Origin: Octopus bimaculoides
Taxonomy: Eukaryota
Reading direction: 5' to 3'
Length of the DNA stretch: 64,000 bases
Assembly: GCF_001194135.2 (NCBI RefSeq)
Contig: NC_068997.1
Location: forward strand, 30,659,189 to 30,723,188
In this document: one piece after another, positions 35,701-47,400 of the stretch
How positions within the stretch are numbered: position 1 is the first letter of the stretch
Layout of the letters: each line of letters begins with the position of its first letter
Notes under the pieces: generated by a model
Seen by the model: the letters and a program-made list of their open reading frames with translations, nothing else
Database searches by the model: none
Told to the model about the DNA's origin: nothing
Program-made: the position numbers and the translations under genes

Positions 35701-38640
35701 CTCTCAGCAAGGGAGGCGGAGTGTTGTGAAAGACCCATCACAGCCGTGGACGTACGGGATGCGATGGCAGGCTGCGCGAGAGACAAGTCACCAGGCTTGG
35801 ATGATCTGCCCTACGATCTTTATTGCCATATGCCAAACTTGTTCAGAGGCATCTTAGCAGCAGTCTACTGCAACTGGCAACAAGACAGGAGTATCCTCAG
35901 TTTTGTGAGCCAAGGAGCAATGGCATTTTTAAAGAAAGATCCAAACAAGGGGAATGTCATAGATAACTTCATGCCCATCACTCTGCTTAACTCTGATTTG
36001 AAAATTTTGGTCAAGGTGTTAGCCGGGAAGTTGGTGCTTGTCATCAAGAAACTAGTCGACAAGGTGCAAACGTGCGCCAAGTCGGATAGGAGTATCTATG
36101 ACAACCTCCATCTGGTGCGCTACATCATAGACAGGGTAGTTAAGGAATCTGGCATGGGTGGGGTGCTGATCAATTTGGATCAATCAAAAGCCTTCGATAG
36201 GGTAGACTACTTGGAGGCTGTCCTCAAAGCACTGGTTTCAGTCCCATCTTCTGCGGTTGGACCGCTGCCTTATACAGCGGTATCCGCTTGGTAGTTCACG
36301 TAAATGGTCATCTATCCAGACCATTTAACATCATGCATTCGGTTCATCAAAGATTCCCCCTCTTGTTGCTTGTGTATGTATTGACTCTTGAGCCACTACT
36401 GCGGAAGCTGGCGACGCTGAGGGGCATCCCATGAAAGTTGGAATGTGGGAGGAGTATGTCTGCATAAGCGGATGACGTCACCATCATAGTGTCGAGCCAC
36501 AACCACATCGTCCTGGTTGGCGAGACACTAAAAGAATACGAAGCAGTAATGGGAGCAAAAATTAACCGTGAAAATCAGTGGGCTTGCGGCTCAGCACCTG
36601 GAGAAGCAAGCCCATGCTGTCCAAGAGCATCTCCATCGTTGGACGCTTGACCAGCAGATCAGTTCAATTGCTCGGAGTCTGGTTCGGTCNNNNNNNNNNN
36701 NNNNNNNNNNNNNNNNNNNNNNNNNNNNNNNNNNNNNNNNNNNNNNNNNNNNNNNNNNNNNNNNNNNNNNNNNNNNNNNNNNNNNNNNNNNNNNNNNNNN
36801 NNNNNNNNNNNNNNNNNNNNNNNNNNNNNNNNNNNNNNNNNNNNNNNNNNNNNNNNNNNNNNNNNNNNNNNNNNNNNNNNNNNNNNNNNNNNNNNNNNNN
36901 NNNNNNNNNNNNNNNNNNNNNNNNNNNNNNNNNNNNNNNNNNNNNNNNNNNNNNNNNNNNNNNNNNNNNNNNNNNNNNNNNNNNNNNNNNNNNNNNNNNN
37001 NNNNNNNNNNNNNNNNNNNNNNNNNNNNNNNNNNNNNNNNNNNNNNNNNNNNNNNNNNNNNNNNNNNNNNNNNNNNNNNNNNNNNNNNNNNNNNNNNNNN
37101 NNNNNNNNNNNNNNNNNNNNNNNNNNNNNNNNNNNNNNNNNNNNNNNNNNNNNNNNNNNNNNNNNNNNNNNNNNNNNNNNNNNNNNNNNNNNNNNNNNNN
37201 NNNNNNNNNNNNNNNNNNNNNNNNNNNNNNNNNNNNNNNNNNNNNNNNNNNNNNNNNNNNNNNNNNNNNNNNNNNNNNNNNNNNNNNNNNNNNNNNNNNN
37301 NNNNNNNNNNNNNNNNNNNNNNNNNNNNNNNNNNNNNNGACCGAACTGCAGTCGTGGATCAAACAGAGACCGAGGCTAGACGAATGGCACCGTGAGTGTC
37401 GCGTTGCTCTCAAGCAACTCTTCCATCTGGGACCAAACTTGTGCGACTTCATTACAACAAAGGTGTTCTATAGCGGATTAGTGGAGGGGAGGTGCGACGA
37501 CGTTCTCGGGCAGAATCTGGGCGTCGATGAGGAAAACCTGACCCGCCTGTTCAGCACAACATTCGGGCTGGGACCTATGGACAATCATCAAAGATCCCTG
37601 GCCTGGTGCTATCGAAAAACATTACCTGTTCGGTATAAGCTCTACAGGCACGGTTCGAGACACACCGGGCCAACTTGCCCGAGTTGCAGTCAGAGCGATG
37701 AAACTATTCTGGACACACTCGCAGTATCCAACCATTTCGGACCTGTAGGCTTATGCCAAACGGCTGCTGTCACGTGTGAGATGAGCTCGCCTGTTGGTCA
37801 AGTCTATCGTAAAAATTGCTCCGCCACCTTTCCTCAACCGGGAAGGCAAGGCAGTCTTCATCGTACTGGTGGCCATGGTGAAAGAATGTGTGTGGTAGAC
37901 TCGAGCGAAAGAATTAGAGACAAACACTTACCTCTCTGGCCAATCGCTCATCAACTTTTTCGAGTAGCACTTGAAAAGGAAGGTGAGAATGGAGAGGCAG
38001 GTTTTGTCTCGTGAAAGTTTCAAAAAAGAGGTGGGTGAATGCAGCAAAGATGGTGTGTGCGAGTGACGAAACAACTTTGAGCATGATCCTGTAAATCGAA
38101 AACAGAGAGATAGAGAGAGAACACTTTGCTTTCATGTGTTTATTCCCTCCCTGCCTGAGATTACCGTGGTCTTTTCTGTAGGCTTTTCTTTCCACGGATA
38201 AACCTAATCTTGCTTTTTACATTTAAAAAATTCTTCTGTGATACATTATCGTTTTGATCGTCTTTTTTTCCCCGATCCCTTTTGATCGGAATTTAACTTT
38301 TTTTTCTCATTTGTTCCCTTTTTCTTTTTCATTTTCGAAAAGAAAAGCTCTACATTTGTATTTGTCCCCTCTGTGTTCAGCCCTGTGTGGNNNNNNNNNN
38401 ACCGTGGTCTTTTCTGTAGGCTTTTCTTTCCACGGATAAACCTAATCTTGCTTTTTACATTTAAAAAATTCTTCTGTGATACATTATCGTTTTGATCGTC
38501 TTTTTTTCCCCGATCCCTTTTGATCGGAATTTAACTTTTTTTTCTCATTTGTTCCCTTTTTCTTTTTCATTTTCGAAAAGAAAAGCTCTACATTTGTATT
38601 TGTCCCCTCTGTGTTCAGCCCTGTGTGGCCAATAAAGAAA
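32760..38640 (+). mobile_element. Near full-length Tx1-clade LINE (ORF1 with CCHC knuckle, ORF2 EN-RT-Zn), decayed
   Basis: RKPRCYVCGSKAHLQMNCP; SINLRGL; SPGLDDLPY, DQSKAFDRVD; PTCPSCSQSDETI; AATAAA then a TCTA-type tail. Confidence 0.9.
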
Positions 38641-39290
38641 GTTATCTATCTATCTCTCTATCTATCTCTCTATCTATCTATCTATCTATCTGTCTGTCTT
38701 TCTGTCTGTCTGTCTGCCTGCCTGTCTGTCTGTATGTTTGTCAGTCAATCAATCAATCTATTTATTTTCTCTCTCTTCTCTGACTCTGTCTCTCTCTTCC
38801 TCCATCTCTCTCCCTCCATCTTTCTTTCATTTCTTCACTCTCTCTTCCCTTCTCACACTTTTTATGAATATGATTAAAATTATTATTAGTAGAAGCGATG
38901 GATTTCCCACAGAGTTCACAAACCAGTTCTAACTTCTAATTTGCAAAAATCTTTTCTTCATATCATCTTTTCACCAATAAAACTGTGTGTGATTGTTAAA
39001 ATCGTTAATGCTATAGCTGTGTTAAGAGAAATAAGTGTAGAGAGATGATGGATATTAAATGCTAGCCAAATTTTGATTTTTTAAAATATTTTATCAATTT
39101 CTTTCTGCTATTTGCAAATAGCGCCAGTGATCTAATCAGGTAAGCTTTGGAAGAGTAGCAATTTAGTATATTTCAAACATATAAGAAAAGAAGTATACAG
39201 AAATCAATAAAAAACTGATATTGTTTGTTATTTCCCTTATTGTTTTTGGAGTGCAACCATCCACAAAAGACATTTTTGTTTATTAATTAC

Positions 39291-39304
39291 TGGGATAATC
39301 TCAG
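39291..39304 (-). CDS. Candidate exon X4, copy 2
   Basis: ctttgattag|CTGAGATTATCCCA|GTAATT. Confidence 0.45.
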
Positions 39305-39408
39305 CTAATCAAAGATATTTAGCTTAGTAGATACCATAACTGGAACCCTGCTATATATATATATGTACTTATATATTATCAGATTTAGGGATATGTTTCT
39401 TGAATTAC

Positions 39409-39440
39409 CTCTTTTCTTCCGAGCTGTCCATTTTGTCTTC
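39409..39440 (-). CDS. Micro-exon X3, copy 2 (EDKMDSSEEK; alternative frame KTKWTARKKR)
   Basis: ataatttcag| acceptor, 32 nt, |GTAATT donor. Confidence 0.65.
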
Positions 39441-40024
39441 CTGAAATTATAAGAAATGATATTGAATGTTAAAAGGAATGACAGATATCCAACTTCTTAC
39501 AACAGATTATACAGGGAAGACATTACTGAATATAAAGAGTACAACAGGTGAGAGTAGTGACAATTATCTAATGGAAATAATCTAATCTATATTATAACAG
39601 GAACACATGATTTATTTTTTTCTTATTTATAGTTTTATCATAGGATTTGAATGGATGAAATCTTCTAACTAGAAACCATGTCAAATGATGATATGAGAAT
39701 TTTTATTTAATCAGTTAAAACATTTGTGTAAAATTCAAAGTCATATGAGACTTAGAAATGTATACAATACCCCACTACTAGCTTTAAAAATTACTAAAAA
39801 GAAGACACCAAAGAGTGTAAATAGAGAACAATTAAAAGGTCAGGTTATTGAATAGTCATGTAATTTTCATGTATTGGACGATCTTTTATTTGACGAACCT
39901 TCATAGAAAATTGCACCTACAGCCCTGATTAACATTTTAAAATCAATATTCCAAACAACCTCTCTCTCAGACTGCTAATAACTGCAACTGGAACAAATCA
40001 TTCCATAAGGCATCTGAATAATTC

Positions 40025-40072
40025 TCAGAACACAATCATAATTCCATATAACAACATCCTGATAGAATATAG
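40025..40072 (-). CDS. Candidate terminal exon X2, copy 2 (LYSIRMLLYGIMIVF*)
   Basis: tttgtttcag| acceptor; TGA aligned with copy 1; AATAAA at 39702-39707. Confidence 0.35.
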   Translation of the reverse strand, partial: LYSIRMLLYGIMIVF

Positions 40073-40100
40073 CTGAAACAAATATTGAGCAGTCAAAGTC

Positions 40101-42050
40101 CTTGTATGTCTTTCTGTTTTTTTTTTGTTTTTTTTTTCTTGTCGATAATAAATGTAAACAAAATATGTAGTATATAGATGTAAAGATACATCGGAGGGAA
40201 CTGAACACTTTTGCATCAGTGCAACTTCACTGTGTTTCTTCTACTTAATTCATTACCACCGCTGGCGCCTTCACCCTAGCATTGTCGACAATGTTAGTGG
40301 ACGAGATGCTGTGCTCGTCACTGTCGGTGCTGGTGTTTCTGCTGTTTAATGTGTTGCTGCCACTGCTGCCCTCCACCGTTGCCACTGGTGATGGCAATGT
40401 TGTTGAAAGTGCTGCTGGTGCTATTAGTCTGATTGTTAGGGGTGGATACCACCACAGCCTCATAAGCAGGTCCCTCAGCCTTGAATATTCCCCACCACTA
40501 CTTGAACGATCATTGTGCTTCCTGAAAGAGCAACTGGCCTCTGCTTGCGTTTTATGCCAATATTCTTTTTATTTTGAGTGCGTAACTAAAGTAGATCTCT
40601 CTTAAACTAAAGACACAATATCTGTAGTCTTTGTCCCCCATTTCAAACACTACCTGCTGTTGGCGCGAGATTCCTCATTTGTTGATTAGGCCTGTAAAAA
40701 GTATCTGCTGACTGGAACCAGTTAAAGGGCAGAGATTCACTGTTTGACCTTTAGGTCAATAAGGTTTGCGAACTGGACCGGTCTAAGGCAGATTACTCAC
40801 TCCGTTCATATTATACATTTGTACACAAATCAACTAACTGTAACAGCCGATTAAGGCTGCAAAAATTATATTTTTACAGCCTTAATCGGCAAACGGAGAA
40901 TCTTATAGATGTCATCATGATGTCAGGAAAACGATGCTGTTTAATAATGGTTCGACCTGGGTCAAACAATCCAATTCCAAGGGTTCCGTAAGTGACGATG
41001 AGAGACTACAACAACACTGAAATATGTGACCGCATTGGGTTATACATTCTGGACACCTTAGGGAAGAAGTTTCCTTCAGTCCTCTTTGGTCTTTACAGAG
41101 ATGACAGCCTGACCATCTCTAGAAGAGCCAATGGGCACATCCTTGATAGATTTAAGAAATACATGAATAGTGTCCTAGGCTCCATTTAACTAGATATAAC
41201 AACTGAAAACAACCTCACCATCGTAACCTTCCTAGACGTCACACTAGATTGGGGCTCTGATTCATACAGGCCCTACTACAAAGCAAACACCATGTTGTCC
41301 TACATTGACAAAGCTTCCCACCATCCATCTGTAGTGTTCAGGAACTTAGTGACGGGTGTCAGCAAGAGAATCTCAAATCTGTCCTCGATAAAAGAAGCTT
41401 TCGACGCCGCGGATGCCTATTACAGCGAGGCCATCATGTCCAGTTGGTTTAAGGACCACATCTCCTATATATCGGGCCCTAGCACCCACAAAAGAAGTGC
41501 CACTGGGACATCATTTCGTTTGCTGCATCCTTCTTGCTCAACATTAAAACTTGTGTGGGAAGAACAAGCATATCCTGCAGATACACAGGTACAGACATTT
41601 GTTCGGTAGGTACAACCTAAAGGTCTCCTTTAGTTGCGCACCCGACAGGAAACGAATATTATCAAATAGGCATAAAACATGAGTAGAGGCTGGTATCTCT
41701 TGCAGGAAGTACAATGACTGCACAGTGAGGAACTAATGCGAGGCTGAGGGAGTTGTATATGAGGCTGTGGAAGCCTCCAGCCATAACAACCAGGGTAATA
41801 GCTGCAGTGGTTCATCTAATAGCATTTACAACAACGGTAAAGGTGAAGGCAGCAGTGGCAGCAACGCATTACATGGAAGAAACACCAGCACTATGGCCAG
41901 GATGATAACTACGCCAGACCAAGCAGCAACAGTGGAACTACCAGTCCCATGCTCAGAATAAACAGCGATGGAAGTCACAACACTAGGACTTGGGATGACT
42001 AATGCAACAGCAATAACAACAGCAACAGTAAACTCTCTCTGCAACAAAAA
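40101..42050. mobile_element. Naiad-type Penelope-like element with an inverted 3' arm (minus 40101-40875; plus RT to EN 40880-42050)
   Basis: NTEICDRIGLYILD...GLYRDDSL; YIDKASHHPSVVF...RISNLSS. 41600-41900 is the inverted homolog of 40240-40640. Confidence 0.75.
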
Positions 42051-42465
42051 TCAGTGAACTACCTAAAAGACAAGAATTTGCCCCAACCCCACGAAGATCT
42101 AACGAGAATGAAATTAAAGACAATATTTCGGAATTCTGCAAAACAATACAACTCACGGAAGCACTAACTAACTACAACAACGTGGCTGAATCACTGGTTA
42201 AGAACAGAAGTAATTATCTTCCTCCTAAAGGTAGGAATAAAACACTAAATGATTTCTGCAATCATATCAAAAGTTTTTCCAAAACTTTTTTCCATAAGCA
42301 AAAAATTTATTCAAACCTCAACAATCTAAAATAAAAATTCTAGTTGAACTACAAAATGCCAAAGACCTGACAATTAAAGAAGCAGACAAAAGAAGTGCTG
42401 TAGTTCTGATGGACACAGAATACTATAAAAACTTAGTATTATTTTTGAAGTAAAGTCCATTTGAG
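42050..42465 (+). mobile_element. Penelope (Neptune-like) N-terminal ORF fragment
   Basis: FAPTPRRS, VKNRSNYLPPKGRN, TIKEADKRSAVVLMD. Confidence 0.7.
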
Positions 42466-42469
42466 TGCT

Positions 42470-43375
42470 TGTAAAGTTCATGTTCATCGCAAAGCTCCAG
42501 CAGCATGAGATTGTTGCTATTCTTTTTCCCTACACCAAAACGTCCTAGAGACTTCCAGGTTTGTCAGTCTGTTCCAACCATGGCATTGAAATCCATCAGT
42601 AGAATGACTTTATCAGAATTGTAGATTTTCCTAAGTATGGCTCTCAGCTGGGAATAAAAATAGTTTTATCTTCATCAGAACCAGTCAAAGTAGGTGCATA
42701 GGCACTTATGAGAGTAGCAAACCGCCCACCTTTCAGGTGCAATCATAGAGTCATAAGACGTTCATTTATAGGAACAGGAAGCTCCTCCAACTTGTTAAAG
42801 GATATCAGATTAAACTACAAAGCAAACACCAACATCTCTGTGCTCCTCCTGTCTCCTCTTCCAAAAAAGGTGTATCCACCTCCTACTTCCTGAAGTGACC
42901 ATCACCTTCTATACAAGTCTCTCAAAGTGCAGCTATATAAGTGTTATGGTGGTTCAGCTCGCGAGCAACAAGTGCAGTGCGTCTTTCAGGCCTACAATCA
43001 TTCTTGTTATCCAATAGAGTGCGTACTTTCCAACATAACATGTTCAAGTTCCATCCATATTTTGTAAATAAAAGTCTCTTTGTTTTTTGATCGCAGAGTG
43101 GACGTCCTTCAGTCGCTTCCAACTGACCAAATATAGAAAGACAGGCAATTTTTGGTTCACCTTTTCTAGAAACTCCCCGGCCTCTCGGTGAGCAGTGCCC
43201 TCTCCAAATGGAGCTGCTCAGACACTCATGCAGCAACCGAATTCTACCGCTCTCTTGGGCGACAAGGAGACGATTTTATATCTAGCATGGGCAGCCTGCA
43301 TGCATGTCTCTGACTACATGCTTCCAAACCGACAGGTCTTCATACTTCACCACCTTCCCATCGCCGCAGGACTTC
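42470..43375 (-). mobile_element. RTE (BovB-like) 5' part with endonuclease
   Basis: WKVRTLLDNKNDCRPERRTALVARELN...IAAL. Confidence 0.85.
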
Positions 43376-43974
43376 CGAATAAAAATAAAATAAAATATAT
43401 ACTAAAAATAGATAAATATATACTTAAAATAAAGATATATATATACTGAAAATAAAATAAATATATATATAGGAAAAAAAGCAGCACATATCAAGCAGAG
43501 GTCAGCAATGCCTGTGCAGAATTTTAGGTCCAATAAGACTTGTACGACACCTCATAGACCCTCTTCATTCTATTAATATTATCCAGAGAAAAGCCGGAGC
43601 AAGATGTCTGGTGCCAATATGAGTCGCAGGCTCAGGGATGTGGGAGCACCATGATCTCTAATACAAACTAAAGATCCTCAAAATGTCCAATGCCATTCCT
43701 TGCATATCTGGTTTTATATCAGAGTGACCTTCTTCTAGAGACATGTTTGAACAGAAACTGAGGGGTGTCTCACTCCCAGTGGTCTTTCAGTATGCCAGAT
43801 ACCATCCCGGAATTTCTGCATACCAGTGTTATTGCTAGATAGCCGTTAAGCATACATTAGGATATGCAAGGTTCATTTTATACAATCCAGTGATGAAATT
43901 CTCAACAACCCATTTATCACAATTCATGAAAACAACAAAAATAAAATAAAAGTTAAAAGTTAAAAAAGACTTAC

Positions 43975-44014
43975 TCTTCTTAGTTGCTTAAAAAATTCAT
44001 TGAATTCAAATTCA
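43975..44014 (-). CDS. Micro-exon X1 paralog, 40 nt, phase 2 to 0 (EFEFNEFFKQLRR)
   Basis: attttgcag| acceptor and |GTAAGT donor. Only one open frame. Length differs from 28228-28255 by 12 nt. Confidence 0.7.
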
Positions 44015-44489
44015 CTGCAAAATATGTAAATGTGAAAATTCCAGATTAATAAAGTGAATCTGTGATGATGAGTCTAATATTTCGGTCTTTATCTTTTAAC
44101 TGAACTAAGCAATAGAAGAAAAAATGTGCTTTTGCATGAAATCAAGAAAATGGATGTGAAACTAAAATTTAAGGAATTGTGTGGTAGGTGAAAATGTATA
44201 TCCAATGAAAGTGATTGGGTGAGAGAAGAAAGGTGAAAGGTGAACAAGGAGTAAAGGAAACTTAGAAAATAAGACAGCAATTGGAAAGAAGCAATTTCTC
44301 AAAAAAAAAGACAAGTAGCAATATGCTGAAAATTGTAAGAGTGGCAGAAAAGATGGAGAAACCACTTGTGACTGAGGCAAGAAACAAATAAGAGGAACCA
44401 TACCTTAAAAATAAATTTATTCACAGATACACACACGCACCCACACACACACACGCCCCCCCCCCCNNNNNNNNNNTCCACACACAAGT

Positions 44490-47400
44490 ACACACAAAAC
44501 ATGGGAAGGTAACAGTGACGGAGTAGTTGGTGTAGGCATACACCTAGATGAGAAATGGGTGGATAAGATCATAGAGGTAGTTAGAGTATGCGATAGAGTA
44601 CTTATGCTCAGGCTAGTCTTGCAGAATAGCATAGCTACAATTATATCTGCCTACACCCAACAAGCGGGCCTACCAAATAAACAGAAGGACCATCATCATC
44701 ATCATCGTTTAACGTCCGCTTTCCATGCTGGCATGGGCTGGACGATTTGACTGAGGACTAGCGAACCCGATGGCTGCACCAGGCTCCAATCTGATCTGGC
44801 AAACTTTTTACAGCTGGATGCCCTTCCTAACGCCAACCCCTCTGAGAGTGTAGTGGGTGCTTTTATCTGCCACCGGCATGAAGGCCAGTCAGGCGGTACT
44901 GGCAACGGCCACACCCAAGTAGTGGTTTTTACGTGCCACCTGCACAGAAGCCAGTCCAGCAGCACTGGCAACGACCTCACTTGAATGTTTTTTCACGTGC
45001 CACCAGCACAAGTGCCAGTAAGGTGGTGCTGGTAATGATCACGGTCAAATGGTGCTTTTTATGTGCCACAGGCACGGAAGCCAGTCAGCTGCTCTGGCAA
45101 TGATCTCGTTTGGATGGTGCTCTTAGCACTCCACTGGCATGGGTGCCAGTCATCGAATTTGTGAATTTGATTCGATTTCGATTTCACTTTCTTCAACAGG
45201 TCTTCGCAAGCAGAGTTTAGTGTCCAATGAAGGAAAGGTACGCACAATTGGGCTGGTTTTTTATGATATTCTTCTGCAGGCTACCTCCAAGATGAGGGAC
45301 AATGATCTTATCTTCGTGACTGGGGATTTCAATGGGCATGTCAGACGGCAGCCCAGCATCTATCATCGCGTTCATGGGGGTCTTGGAATTGGTCCCCGAA
45401 GTGAAGAGAGAACAAGGCGACTGGAGTTCTGTGATGCAAATAACCTTTTGCTCTCCAACACCAACTTCAGGAAGCCAACCAGCCACCTGATAACCTATTA
45501 CTCAGGTGACTCTGCTAGCCAGATAGATTTCATTCTCACCAGACTGTGGGATGCATGACTGCTCTTAAATGCAAAGACTCTCCCTGGTGAAGAATGTAAC
45601 TCCAGCATAGACTAGTCATTAGCAACTTTAGACTCCAGGCCAGAATGATGCCAAGAAGCAGCCAATCTGGAAGCATCTTAATTAGGGACATCCTAATTGA
45701 AGAAGACCTGGGATGAGGCGGTGAAGCATGACCTTCAAACTTTAGGCCTCACTGAGGAAATGACCAGTGACTAGGACCTTTGGAAATATGCAGTAGGTGA
45801 GAAGACCCTGCCAGAAGTGTAGCCAGCTCACTAATCCGTATCTTTACTTCATTGGACACTAAAAACCCTGCTTTCGAAGACCTGTTGAGGCAAGTGAATT
45901 TCGAATTTGAAATTTGAAATCTGAAATCGAAATCGAACCGAATCTAATGACTGGCACCCATGCCAACCTCTCCTTCATTGGACACTAAACTCTGCTTGCG
46001 AAGACCTGTTGGGGCAAGTGAAATCGAAATTGAACCATACTCGTACCGGTGGCACGTAAAAGCACCCACTACACCCTCGGAGTGGTTGGCGTTAGGAAGG
46101 GCATCCAGCTGTAGAAACTCTGCCAGATCAGATTGGAGCCTGGTGCAGCCTTCTGGCTTGCCAGTCTTCAGTCAAATCGTCCAACCCATGCTAGCATGGA
46201 AAGCGGACGTTAAACGATGATGATGATGATGATGATGATGAGAGAGAGGAGCAGCTACAAACTTGAGACTTAGAGGGCAACTGGGAATTTATGCGAGACA
46301 GCTTGCTGAGTGCCACAGACCAAATCTGTGGCTCATACAAAGTCCCTTCCAGACTCAGGCTAATGTGGTGTTTGAACAATACCACAGACAGTGCCATTAG
46401 AGCAAAGAAACAGGCCTGGAAGAGTGAGGGTGGTAGGGAACTGTATCAGATAATCAGAAGGGAAACTAGGAGACAAGTATATCTAGCCTAGGGAGAAGTA
46501 GAAAAGAAGAAGTTTGCCAATGTTCAGCACTGTGAGGACCAACAAACTGAAGTATTTCGGATTGTAAAACAGTGTGTGAGAGAATATTGTGATTTCATAG
46601 GAGAGAAATGTGGCCACATAGATGATGGTACACTTACTGTTAATGAGTCTGCAAAGAAAGAGGACTGGAGATGTCATTATGAAAAACTGGAGAATGAATG
46701 GGAGGAGGAGAGTCTGCCAAATGTTGACCCAACTGAGGAACCAACTATCCGAATTGACAGTACCCTGTTAGATAAAGTAATTAAGGATATAAAGACAGAG
46801 AAAGCCGCGGGCCCATCAGGAATCTCCACTGAGGTGCTTAAAATATCTGGTGGTGTGGGTTATGGTCTAGTCACCTGTATTGCAAATCAGGTGGTTTATG
46901 AAGGAGTCATACCTAATGACTGGTGTAGCAGCACCATAGCCAACTGCTACAAAGGTAAAGGTGATGCCTTAGGTAGAAATAATTACAGTGGTATTAAATT
47001 GTTGGATCAGGTGATGAAAGTTATGGAGAGAGTCATAACCCAATTAATTAGGGAAAAAGTTAGTCTAGATGAGATGCAGTTTGGTTTTGTGCCCAGTAGA
47101 AGCACCATTGATCCTATATGTCTAGTAAGGCAACTTCAGAAGAAATACACAGCCAAAGATATACTTCTGTACTTAGCTTTTGTTGACTTATTGAAAGCCT
47201 TTGACAAGGTCTCCTGATCCCTTGTCTGGTGGTCAATGCGGAAACTTGGGATAGATGAGTGGTTGGTGAGAGCTATACAAGTTTTTTACAGAGATGCTAC
47301 AAGTAAGGTGAGGGTGGGCAATGAGTATAGCGAAGAATTTAGGGTACATGTAGTGGTTCACCAAGGGTCAGTCCCCCCTCTTGTTCATCATAGTCCTCCA

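Larger units (their letters stand above)
38880..40100 (-). repeat. Tandem segmental unit, copy 2
   Basis: Near-identical to copy 3 across 39640-40100 versus 56230-56700. Shares an insertion of about 170 bp that copy 1 lacks. Confidence 0.9.

Noticed and set aside
38163-38628. Exact duplication of about 228 bp in the Tx1 3'UTR
   Set aside because: The copies are separated by a 10-N gap, typical of an unmerged contig overlap. The same applies near 8340-8400.
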